Shown piece after piece: positions 34,725 to 45,364 of a DNA stretch of 45,364 nt; the stretch's first letter is position 1, and each line of letters opens with the position of its first letter. This DNA comes from Chara braunii (lineage: Eukaryota; Plantae; Charophyceae). Location: NCBI GenBank assembly GCA_003427395.1, contig BFEA01000028.1:527484-572847 (forward strand), read 5' to 3'. The position numbers and the translations under genes were made by a program. The notes beneath the pieces were generated by a model that was given only the letters and a program-made list of their open reading frames with translations, had not been told where the DNA came from and searched no databases.

Positions 34725-35480
34725 CAACCTACCTACGACTACTCCTAAGGCAACACACATGTGATCCCTGGAAGCATAACTATCTACCTCTCTTTCTGAA
34801 GGGAGGTTACCTCTCTCGTAGGAGGAAGGTAATCGCATATTTGTCCCTTGCCCTAATGGTTTTAAGGGTGCGGGGTTTAATATTTAAACCACTAGTACAC
34901 ACCGTATATAGGTTGCGAGCCCCTTTCGAAGGCCGACAGCGCACCAGCCTCAAACTTTTTGACCCAAGCGATGAGTTGTTTTAACAAGGCTAGGGTTGTG
35001 TACTGTGGTTAAGATAAGCGGCTTCCGGCACGGTTAGTTATTTTTGGGTTGCCATTGATCGAGCATTTGCCAATAGTTTTACTTTTTTTCATCTTCCCCC
35101 ACCCCCGCTGAGTAACAGCATTATCTAAGGTCAACTCTCCCCGTGTTTGCATTCTTTGCTCCCTTTCCTTTTCGTTGAAAAATAAAAATCCCACTATTAA
35201 TTGATCTCTCACTACCTACCTACCACTGCTCATAAGGCTATAAAGGGAAACCCTGCAAGCATCACTATCTACCCCTCTTGGTGAGGGAGGTTACCTTTCT
35301 CGATCACGGTGGAGGGAGGTAATTGCATGTTCGTCTCTTGCCCTAGCGGTTTAGGGTGCAGGGTTGGAGCCGCTAACGGGGGTCAGGTTAAGGACCGAGC
35401 ATTTGTCAATAGTTGCACCTTCCCTTTAAATTTATCTTTCCCAACCTCCATCAAGTAATAGCGGTGTCTAAGGCCAACAC
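34725..35480. repeat. Diverged ~490-bp-period tandem duplication, second copy internally deleted
   Basis: ccctg.aagcat.actatctacc, agggaggttacct.tctcg and cgagcatttg.caatagtt each occur twice. Confidence 0.8.
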
Positions 35481-37342
35481 TTTCTTACATAACACACAAC
35501 CTACTCAAACTCGTTCTCACACCTGTGTTGATTGAAGACCCTACGAATACCTACAGGGAGGATCCAACTGACTATCTCAGTGCATTGACACCCAGCGTAC
35601 TTCGAAAGGCCACAGTGATTTCTTTCATACTCCTATCCGTTGTTGTTGTTGTTGTTGTTGTTTTGTAATGGTTTTGTGGACCACGGACTAGATATCTGTA
35701 TTTTTTTACGAAAAATTTCATGGTTGCAAGCATGTAAAGCATATGATGGGTTCTTTTTTTAAGAAAAGGAACTGTTTTTCTTTTGTTTTTCCCTTAAAGA
35801 TGACAAAATATTAAAAAGATCGTATTTAGAGTCTTTTTATCCGTCACCTTTATTTGTAGAACGCTCCAATGGAATGCATCAACGTTTTGTTATACGCCTA
35901 CCTAGTAAAGGTCCCCCTTTACCAAATACCTTGGTAATTACAACATTTGGTACGAACACAACTAATTATTGATATGTCATTACAAACCTCAATTATCTTT
36001 GCAGTTTGGCTCTGAGCCATTCTTCGGATGCGCTTCATAACTCACATGCAGCTTACCATCCACATTGTCATGCTAATGGCGGCGAAGATGCTGGTCTTGA
36101 GTCAATAAGTGCTTGTGACATGATAATCCTAGAGAAAAAGGGGTCCAAATTTGATTGTGGGGCTTACAATTTATTTGTCTTATTGATCGCAAAGTTTTGA
36201 CAACGATAAAAGAAAAATAAAATCCATTAGTTTGCCCCGCTAATTTATTTTCTAGCTCTAAAGATTTATTTAATTTTATAATAAATTTATTTTCGAAAGC
36301 ATCAACACCTAATTTACTACAACTTGTATTTTTTTCACATTTTTTTGCACATTCATATGAGAATGAAAAATTACTTTGGATAACTTTTTGCCATGCAAAC
36401 ATTTTAGCCTATATATGGTTGTGGTAAATTTAAAAATGCATCCAATATCTTCAAAAATTTATCTCCTATTTTAACTTTTTTTTATCGTTTTTTTCTTAAT
36501 GGAAATTTCAAGACCTAATATAGAGGCCCGCCATTTAAAAACTATACATATATTTTTTAATAGCACGAAAAATCGCTAAACCTTACATATAGCCAAATTG
36601 CTTAGGGACGGGTAGGGGTATATGCATAAGATGGCAAGTCCAATTGGTGACTATATTATTTCACAAAGTTTCACCACTGTCATTAAGACATTTCGCCATA
36701 CCCATGTTTTTTACGGGTATTTGATGAAATGCCCAAACTTTTTTTTTTTAATAACAAAACCATCTCTTCCATTATCAACGTCACAAATGAATCGAGGCCG
36801 GGGACCTCACAATTCAACCCGGAGTTATCATGGCAGCATAAGCGGGTTTAACTTATGAAATATTCTATGTCGAATCAAGATACAATAAACCTTTTCACTC
36901 CCAAAGAAACTAATAGTCACAAACTCTTATGCTTGATTGTTGCAAGAGCGAAACGTTTGTTCACGTTAATCCAAACCTTTTTACATCACGTACTTCTATA
37001 CTAATGTTTCTCCCTACTACCGACTACCCTAACTGCTAACCTTACTGCTATGCTACCTGATCTAATACATAGGCCGACTTCGACCCGAAACCAGCCCCAA
37101 ACTACTGCAGTGGTTGAAACCACAGTTCCTCGGGTTATGAACATAATGGCTCACCACCCTCCTCCCATCGCTAGCCTCTTGCGAGCCATACACTAAACGA
37201 GTACCCGGGTTCTTGCAACAAAATACTCGTCACATGCCTGCAAATCTGCAAAAAAAAAAAAAGAATTCTTTTTTTTAATCCTAATTCCCATCCCTTACCA
37301 AACCCGAACCGGGTGCTGTGATTCAGGTGTGGTTAAGCCAAC

Positions 37343-40300
37343 TAGTCAATTGTAGTCTCCCTTCTGATGTGACGGTAGTGAAGTGCCTGCTCAAACACCA
37401 GGTTTCCATGAACCACCTTCTTCCCTGAACTGAATTTATGTTTTCCACCGTTTTCTCCAATTTGCCTTTATCTCGTTTCTGAGTACCTCTTTCAAGAGGT
37501 TTTCAACATGTTGTTATGGCAGCCCCTTGCAATTGAATCGCCACTTGTTATGGTCTTTCCAGATTACCCATATCATGGTTGTCCGTCCTACCTAGGCCAC
37601 ATAACCCCACCCTTTGGATGTTGAGGTCCCTTCAAATTCACTGATGTGGCTCAGTAGGATCCATCTTTCTCTTATGAACCGAGTTTGACTAAAGAAGTGT
37701 AACCTATGTGCTTCGCACCACTTCCACTATTTTTTGGATCTATGACAAGTTCACCAAAGGTGGTACATTTTTTCATAAATCCAGTTACACCGGTCAGTGA
37801 CATATGATTTCTTCACCTGCATACTTCTTTTGTGTGCTCATCGAGCTATCGAGACTGCAAGATACGATTGCAACCAGGACAAAGAGGTAATTCTATGAGA
37901 TGAGGTGAAAGCGAGTTGTTCCCAATGCCTTCTTATGTCCTTGGAGTTGGAGATGTGAGGTGTGGGAGCGCCAGTTCCCATTTCCTGGTTAGTCTCACCT
38001 CTTTGGGCTCACCCTGCCGCAACCTTGATCTGATTGCAATGCTTCCGAATTTTTCTAGCCCTTTAACCTCCCTCTCTTCTCTTTTCCAACCCCAGCATAA
38101 CAGATCAATGCGAAACTCTGATAATATGCAACCTCCCGCCACTACCAGCCACTATTGCTCCTGGCTTTTAGACTCTCTCCTTCTTACCTCTTCCAAATAA
38201 AATGTGTCTCTTATTATTTTTGTGTCTTTCTTGACGAGTTTCGTTGGTTGCGTCAGTGCCCTCGAGTATCTCTCCACCTGGCATTTACCACTAGCATCTT
38301 CTTCCCATTTGATCAATTTGAAGAACTTGTTCGTTGGAACTCCCTTCTCTCTGAACCAAGTCCCTGCAGGGGTTGTGCAAAATGGGTTGTGTGTCCTCCA
38401 ATCCGAGGGCACAACTTCAATCAGAGCGGCCAAGTGTTCCAATTGTAGTTGTAGTTGGTCAATAATAAGGTGGAGTTGGCTTGGTGTTTTCTAATAGCCT
38501 GTGAGTTCATCCCAAATATCACCAACTGTAGATACTCCCCTTTTGATCCATTTTATGCCAAAACTACCTGACTGTGTTGTTGTTGTGAACACCTACCGTC
38601 ATTATGCTTAATGACGATATTTTCGAAGAGTGACTCTCGCAGCGCCTCTACCCTTGTGGTTGGTGAATACCGGATGATCTGCACTTCCTCCATGCTTCTA
38701 CTACCGCCGTCTAAAATCTCGATTTCACTCTCTTGTTCGGGAAGTGAGGTGTTGTCAAGGCAATTCATATGTCCGAGGCTCTTCTCAGGTTCCACTCAAC
38801 AGTTAGGATCCATTCAACCAACTCGCATCAGTCAGACTCTAAGGGAGCATCGTATACCCTTATGAGTCATTTGGATAGCAGAAGGGTATTCTAGGATATA
38901 AGGTCTAGGAGGTTTAATCCTCCGTGTTCTTTGGATGAACACAAAATCCACTAGGTCACCTTTGGTATGTATCCCTGCCAATCTCCCGACCGTGACCCTG
39001 GTTTCCAAATAAACCTTTTTGCTACCGCTTTGACCTCCTAGATAATTGGCTAGGAAATCCTCCTCACCATGACTGTGTACCAAAAAAACAAGAAGGTTGA
39101 AACTCAAACTGCCAAGACTCTACTTATCAATGACAAATGAGGAGCGGTTCCCCGACTCTTGACTTTGGTGAACAATCTTTCCTTTAGGATTAAGTCATGA
39201 GCGGTGGAACAGTCTGATAGTGTTACTTGAACCCCTAATAATCCCTCTGCAACGCCTTCGTCAACCGGTTTTATACCCCAGTCGGCTTGCAGTTCGTAAC
39301 TTGCTAGCAAAATGCAGATTGATTTACTCGAGTTAACTGCGGCTCCCGAATACTCTACATAACCTTGCAAGCAACTTTTGAGAACCTCCAAAGAATCATT
39401 TTGGTTCACTGAGATAGCAAGGAGATCGTCTACAAGGACCTTAACTCTGGAGTCTCTTCCACTTCTCAGTTCCAAGCCCTGAGGGTCTGGATGTTTAATG
39501 ATGTTACATAGCAAGACCTTATGCTATAGTATAAACAACAACTATGTCAGCGGGCAGCACTGACGGAGCGAACGTGTCAATGAAAACTTTTGCGACAATG
39601 TGTCGTTTACTTGAACAATTGCTACGGAATAGGCGTACAGGGCCTTCACCCAGTGACAAAAACTCTCGTCGAAGCCCACGACTCTCAGCATAGTGAGGAC
39701 GAAAGTCCAATTCACTATGTCGTACGTCTTTTCGAGGTCGAGCATCAACATACACACATCCAAATTCTCTCTCTCAACTACTTTCAATGCCTCAATTGTC
39801 GTAATAATGTTCTCAATAATTGTACGACCTTTATCAAAGGCCCCTCGGTCTATACCTACCAAATTTGGAAGTAGCTCTGACAGCCTCAATGTCAAAGTCT
39901 TCGCAAAGATCGTGTACACTACATTCAGCAGTGACTCCCGGGGCCTTCCCTTCGTCTGTCAGCCTCACCGTCACTGCGCCCCACTGGTTTGTCTGAGAAG
40001 TCAGGTCAAAATTGATATCTTTGAAGGAGGATCGTCATCTGATAGTATCTTGGAAATAGTTTGTGGCATACCTGCTCATTTCTTCATTCATAACTGCCAT
40101 CGGTAGTCTGGTAAAATGGGAGATGCTTCAACTGTTTCATCTTCATGTGTCTTTTGTGTGACAACAAAAACTTGAATGTCTCTTTTCGACATTTTATCCA
40201 ATGTTTCAATCCTCGTCTCCTTCAACACTTGGCACTAGTAATCGCACTTCTCTATCCGTAGCTCTTCCCATTCCCTCATTCTACATGTTCTTTCGTTTGT

Positions 40301-41324
40301 CCACACCACATTCGAGATAGGTTGTTTTCCCATTGACAATTTCTCCTCTTCTTCCATCACCCTCGTCCAACATCCCGCCTTTGCCTTGTTCATGTGATAC
40401 GCCGCAATCAAGGAGTACGTGTTTATGCGTTCAAAGATAATTCACTTGAGTTGAAGTATTGTTGCGCTGTTTTCCACTAAGCCCAAAAAATGTCCACCCA
40501 AAGTTGTACGCCCTCCTCCTTTAGATTCTGGGTGTTAAGCTTGAAGAGACCCGGTCCTCTCTCCAGACTTCGCTCACTAGTAAGTCCATGAGAACCGGCT
40601 TGTGGTCTGACATGCCCGCGTTGACTTCATCCACCCTCAGTACATTGCTTGTCGCGTCGTCTGCTATTAGGAAAAACTCGAGGCACCTCCTTAACCCTTC
40701 ACTATTCGGTGTTGTTCCAAACCAAGTGTATTTTGAGGAGCAGAGGTTGATATCTCTAAAGATATCCCTCAGATTTCATCTCGTCATCCATTGGAGTAGA
40801 GTCTTCCGAACTTTTGATAAACCCTCTCCTTTCTTTGAGTTTATACCAGGGCAACACACCATATTCCAATCGCCTGCCACCACTAGTTTATGTGATTAAG
40901 GAAGGCTTAGTTTCTTAGAGAGCATCTCGATAAATTCAATCCTATCCAAAATATCATTCGAAGCATACAAGATGTGCAAATCCAATCCTCGTCCCCTACC
41001 CCTATTTTGATCCATGACAATCTCCCCCATAGATCATTATCGTAATCTATCAGTTTTGCGTATAGTTTACTATGTGCCAACACTGCCACTCCTCCCTTCG
41101 ATCCCCTTGTTGGGGACCACAGTTGTAGCCCATCCCACCAGTCCCACATTTCAACCATCTTCTCTTCTTACAACTTTGTTTTCTGCAGAAACATAATTAT
41201 ATCAATTCCTTTCTTACACATGCATGATTTAAGCCTTCTGCCTTTCTTCTTTTCAACCTTTTTGTCCTCCTCCAGAATCCCCCAACCCCTTCACATTCCA
41301 AGTAGTCAATCTAAGAAGGACCAT
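37343..41324 (-). pseudogene. LINE ORF2 (endonuclease-RT-zinc finger), many stops and frameshifts
   Basis: MVLLRLTTWNVKGLG (ATG 41324), SKGGVAVL, SDHKPV (~40610), LLNVVYTIFAK, GAFDKGRTI, LDLEKTYDIVNW, LRQCCPL and VLVDDLL. Confidence 0.9.
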
Positions 41325-41329
41325 AGGCT

Positions 41330-43664
41330 TTGTGTCTTGCAGCCAACGCTTGGATCTGCGGATCAGAATCAGGTGGTCAGGCCACCTTGAAGACAACACT
41401 TCTGCAAAATACGAAAATGTCATATTTCTCCTTTGTTGAAGCTTTGCGTTCAAACCTGCTAGGAATGTTTCAAAAACACCAAGTTGAACTTGAATCCTAG
41501 CAAGGTTGTTCGCCTATTGAGATGCAAAAATCCTAAGGGGGATTGCTTATAATCCCATCAGCAGCAACACTCTCCAGTGTTCCTCCGACTGTCGCGCATC
41601 CAACAGGGGGATCAAAAACTTCAGTTTGCGGCCCTCAGATGTTTCCGCCATCATCTCTGGGCATAGTGTCTTCAGAAAAAAACTGAAAGAATAACTTATT
41701 GCCAAATAATTCCCCCACCTTCTCCATGATCAATTGTTCCGAAGGGAGCTATATCATTTGTGTTAAGGGCACAATAGTCTGATTGTCTTCCCCCTTCAAA
41801 GCAATTACAAACACTTCCTGCCTAAATAGAGAATAGACAAACGGTAGTAGAAGCTTCTCTTCGTTCGCTCTTTCCTCCCTCCCTACAGTCATCGACCCTT
41901 CGTGAATGTCTCTTGGTGAATCCAACTTTGAATCATGTCCCCCATCCATGTTAACGGAACTTCCATGGCTAAACGCTTCCTCCTCTCTTTATGCCATCTC
42001 CCCTTATCTTTGGGGTTCTTGCCACTCCTTCTCGATCCTCCTCGACGCCACCATCGCCACCCTCAATAAGTTGTCTCGATCCAGCTGTTTCGTCTTCGAT
42101 CACCAACCCTCAAGCAACAACATTTGTTATTACCTATTGCTCTGCACCTTGACCAAAAACATGCCTTAATCCAACTCCCCCCCACCTTGCGATCCTACTC
42201 TCTGTTGTAACATCCCAAGCATCGGATTCCACTGCTGCCATGCATAGTGGTTTGATGGTTGCATGTGCCTTGTCCTGGGACATAACCATATACATTGGGA
42301 GCTCCTCCCCCCATCAGCGACTAGTGATAAGAGATCGTTTGACCTTCTTGTTGTATCGGAATGTCTGGGATGCTTACTTGCAGATGGTTCCACTGTCCTT
42401 GTGAGAGAGGTCTTCTAGAAACCAGTGAGACTTTACGTCTATTGGCCGTTGCTGCAGATGATTCTGCTCTGGACAAATCTGGTTCGTTGATGATAGGATC
42501 TCGTGCTGCTGCTCTAATACCTCTAAAATCTTCGTCTCGTCTACCTTGATTTTGTCTCCCTGAAAAATTGTTTGTCTGTTCGGCTCCCCCCTCTCGATTG
42601 CCCTGCTCTGATAGGCGAGGACAACCGTTAATGGTAGTGTGGAACCACCATCGACAACGTTCACACCATGTGAGTACCGTTTTCCACGATTAATTTAGCT
42701 TGTTTAAAACGGTGTGGGACCATCCAATCCTCAACACACTTCGCAATCATGAGTTTAATGCGTTCCTCCTCCGAGACTGGTATCTCTGCCTCACCCAGGG
42801 GAGAACGATCCTGTCCATCACCTCGATTCCCCGCTGCATGACGAGTCGCCATAGTACTGCACTTTTGTTGCACAATATCAAAATCATAAAGCACCTGTAT
42901 CACTACCCTACAACCATTCCACAACTGCACGTCACGGGAGCGGCGCCCCTGGCGCTCTCGCTCAACACGACAAACACTTCTTATGCACCAAACATAGCGA
43001 TGGAGTCAGCTAGGACAACTTGCTTAGGCCAGCTGCGTGGTGTCTACTACTCCCTTACCGGAGACCATGATGGATTCCGATGGTGTTGACGTCACCTGCC
43101 CTCGGACCATAGTGTTGGTGGACAGAGGTGCGACTTGGAGCGCTATTCAGCGCCGTCCACCCAGCCCCACTCCCTCTCTTTTTCTTTTGGAAATACCCAA
43201 ACTTTCAAGGGCATTTCAACAATTTTCCCCCCAAAAGAAGAAACTTCAAGAAGTGGGCCTCGCTCCACTGCTTGAAATGTGCAAAACGAGAGCGAATCTG
43301 CAGCTACACCACGGAAAGATACACCGCCATGAATTTTGTCTTTTGTGCATGTCGAGAGTGGTTAGTGGAGGGAGGCACAGACACCGACGCTGGTCCAGCT
43401 CCAGGTCTGGTCTTTCTCCAGATACGGCCCAGTGTCTAACGACGCCCATATCTGGAGGACCAGCCCTACAGTGTAGAGCTGGACCAGCGTCTGTGCCACG
43501 GGGGCTATCTAGGGGGTTGGTCTAGGGGTGGCGAAAGATACGATAGGGAACACAGGGTACACAGGGTCGTCGAGAACATGCATACGGTGAAGGACGCCAT
43601 AGCCGCGGAGAGACTCTACCAGACCTGCCTCAGCGACGAAGGGGTTGGCTTTTCGAAGGGCCAT
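41330..43664 (-). pseudogene. Putative LINE ORF1 remnant
   Basis: It lies immediately upstream of ORF2. A candidate ATG at 43664 (MALRKANPFVAEAG) is 30 nt from the candidate TSD. Only fragmented protein-like ORFs are left, and I recognise no diagnostic motif. Confidence 0.5.
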
Positions 43665-43878
43665 TGCCGACGACGACCAGTCTTTTGCATCATCAAAAGA
43701 TTTCAGACGCCCGCGAGCGTATAGCAGTGACCCGGATGAATCTGCCCGTAATTACGTGCAGAGACTAATATAAAAAAAAGGTCCAAGTGTTCAGACGCCC
43801 GAGAGCTTATACCAGTGAGTGATTGAGTTCTATCTGCGTCGTTCTGTTTGTACTCCTTACCCTCCACATCCACCACCT

Positions 43879-43930
43879 CCTTCTCCTCCCTTCTCCTCCC
43901 TTCTCCTCCCTTCTCCTCCCTTCTCCTCTT
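43879..43930. repeat. (CTTCTCCTCC)n 10-bp tandem repeat
   Basis: About 5 units are visible. Confidence 0.9.
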
Positions 43931-44113
43931 CCCCATCCTGCTTTCTTCTCTCCGTATTCGTCCTTTATTCACGTCCTGTTCTTCTTCCGCCTTTCCGATC
44001 TACTACTCCTATACATTTCCGTCCTTCTCATCCTCCTCCCTCCCTTCCCTCTCGCCTGTTCCGTGCAGAACTGAGGCGCCCGCGGCGACCTGTTTCCGCC
44101 CTACCGTGTACCG

Positions 44114-44212
44114 TCTTCACCGTAATAGATCGCACGGTCGTTATGGCCGTATCTAGACGGAAAGGTCTGCCAAGTACAGCTATAATGACCGTGCGTTCTA
44201 TTCGGGCGAAGA
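44114..44212. repeat. ~100-bp palindromic element, copy 2
   Basis: The arms 44124-44151 and 44175-44202 carry the shared core acagctataatgaccgt. Confidence 0.8.
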
Positions 44213-44529
44213 AGGAGAGACTCCTGTGCACGCTGTTGGATNCGCTGTTGGATTGCGATCCAATAGACCCCCCCCCCCCCCGCTCACAGGTTGCAGGGGG
44301 TTCAGATGGTGCACGGGGGCCTATTAGTAGGGGTAAATCGCGTGACCCTCGCCAATCCAATAGGCCGTATGGTGCGATATGAGCCCACGTGCTTGCGCGA
44401 GAGGGTTGTGTTCGTTATGCTATCCAATAGACCCACCGTTGCACCATGCGGGGCGTCTATATTGGGCCGCCAACGCATTTCGCTCACTAACACGTGAGCA
44501 CGTGACCTAAGAATCGAACTAAGAATAGA

Positions 44530-45275
44530 AGAAGGGAGATGAGGAGAGAAAGGCAGAGGAGAGAGTAGGGATGGCGCGAAGACGATGAGCAAGCTTCGCA
44601 CGGGCGAAGTGTGACATGAGTCGGCTATGGAAGAGGCAAGTATAATAGAGTGCTAGGCCACAGAGCGGGAAGTATACTATGCCCCCCCCCCCTCCCTCCC
44701 CAATGGCCCTTTCCTTACTATAGATGGGTAACTATGGATAGATCGGCAAGTAAGTAAGCAGCCTATAGATCCCCCATAGATCTTCCTTACTATAGACTGA
44801 CAAGTACAGATAGATCGGCAATAGATCGACAAGTATAGATCGGTAAATATAGATAAGTAAGTATACTATAGACCCGCCTTTGGGAGGGGGGTCTATAGTA
44901 TAATTTATACTTACCGAGCTACAGTAAGGATGATCCATGGGGTGCCTATAGGATACCGATCTATGCGTATATACGTCGGTCAGCATCCTCTGCCTCTCCC
45001 CCCGTGGACCTTCATGACTATCGGTCGGGAAATATAGACTATACTATAGACACCCAATTGATGTTCCTATAGGATACCGATCTATAGTATACGTAAGTAT
45101 ACTATAGACCTCCCATGGATGTTCCTTACCGCAGATCGGTATGGAGGTCTCTCCGTCTACTACACTTCTCCCTTCCATAGCCGGCTCTCATTTCATCCTT
45201 GGGCAGTGCGACGCTTGCTCATCAGCTTCGCGCCATTTCTTCTCTCTCGCGCCTGCCTTTCTTTCCCCCACATCC
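44530..45275. mobile_element. Foldback/MULE-like non-autonomous element with ~120-bp diverged inverted repeats
   Basis: ~44530-44650 is the reverse complement of ~45155-45275 (e.g. atggcgcgaagacgatgagcaagc vs gcttgctcatcagcttcgcgccat). The interior is full of tatactatagac / gatcggca motifs. The true ends and TSD are not resolved. Confidence 0.65.
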
Positions 45276-45364
45276 TTCCGTCGATCGGTAAGGCGAGGGA
45301 TTTTTATAGTCGGCCCTAATTAACGGCAAGATCCATACGTCGGTCGTTACTGCTCTCTGACCCT

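Larger units (their letters stand above)
37269..43694 (-). mobile_element. Degenerate near full-length L1/Tx1-clade LINE (ORF1 + ORF2)
   Basis: EN and RT motif fragments are collinear on minus, with a short T tract at 37269-37276. A candidate 10-bp TSD is aaaagaattc (37259-37268) / aaaagatttc (43695-43704). The ends are less certain than the identity. Confidence 0.85.

Noticed and set aside
43702-43818. 29-bp direct repeat (43702-43730 / 43790-43818) as the TSD of an insertion
   Set aside because: It has three mismatches, is unusually long, and the A tract is not adjacent to the repeat. It cannot be distinguished from an old local duplication.

Overview
This is a eukaryotic, repeat-rich nuclear window with several assembly gaps, most of them beside microsatellites or tandem repeats. 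The plastid atpA copy points to a green-lineage host; a charophyte such as Chara is my inference, not a search result. One convincing host gene is present: an apparently intronless small heat-shock/alpha-crystallin-domain (Hsp20) protein with a long acidic C-terminal extension (8665-9864, +). Mobile and foreign DNA includes a 5'-inverted (twin-primed) L1/Tx1-type LINE with poly(A) and a 10-bp TSD (2264-6555), an older near full-length LINE of the same type (~37269-43694, -), a decayed plastid atpA insertion (NUPT, 16368-16742), several MITE/foldback elements, a dispersed ~100-bp palindrome family and tandem minisatellites. The most unusual recurring signal is a set of tiny insertions flanked by target-site duplications. 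They consist only of poly(A/T), or of an A-tract plus a ~25-30-bp copy of DNA a few hundred bases away. No CRISPR array, rRNA or intact tRNA was seen.
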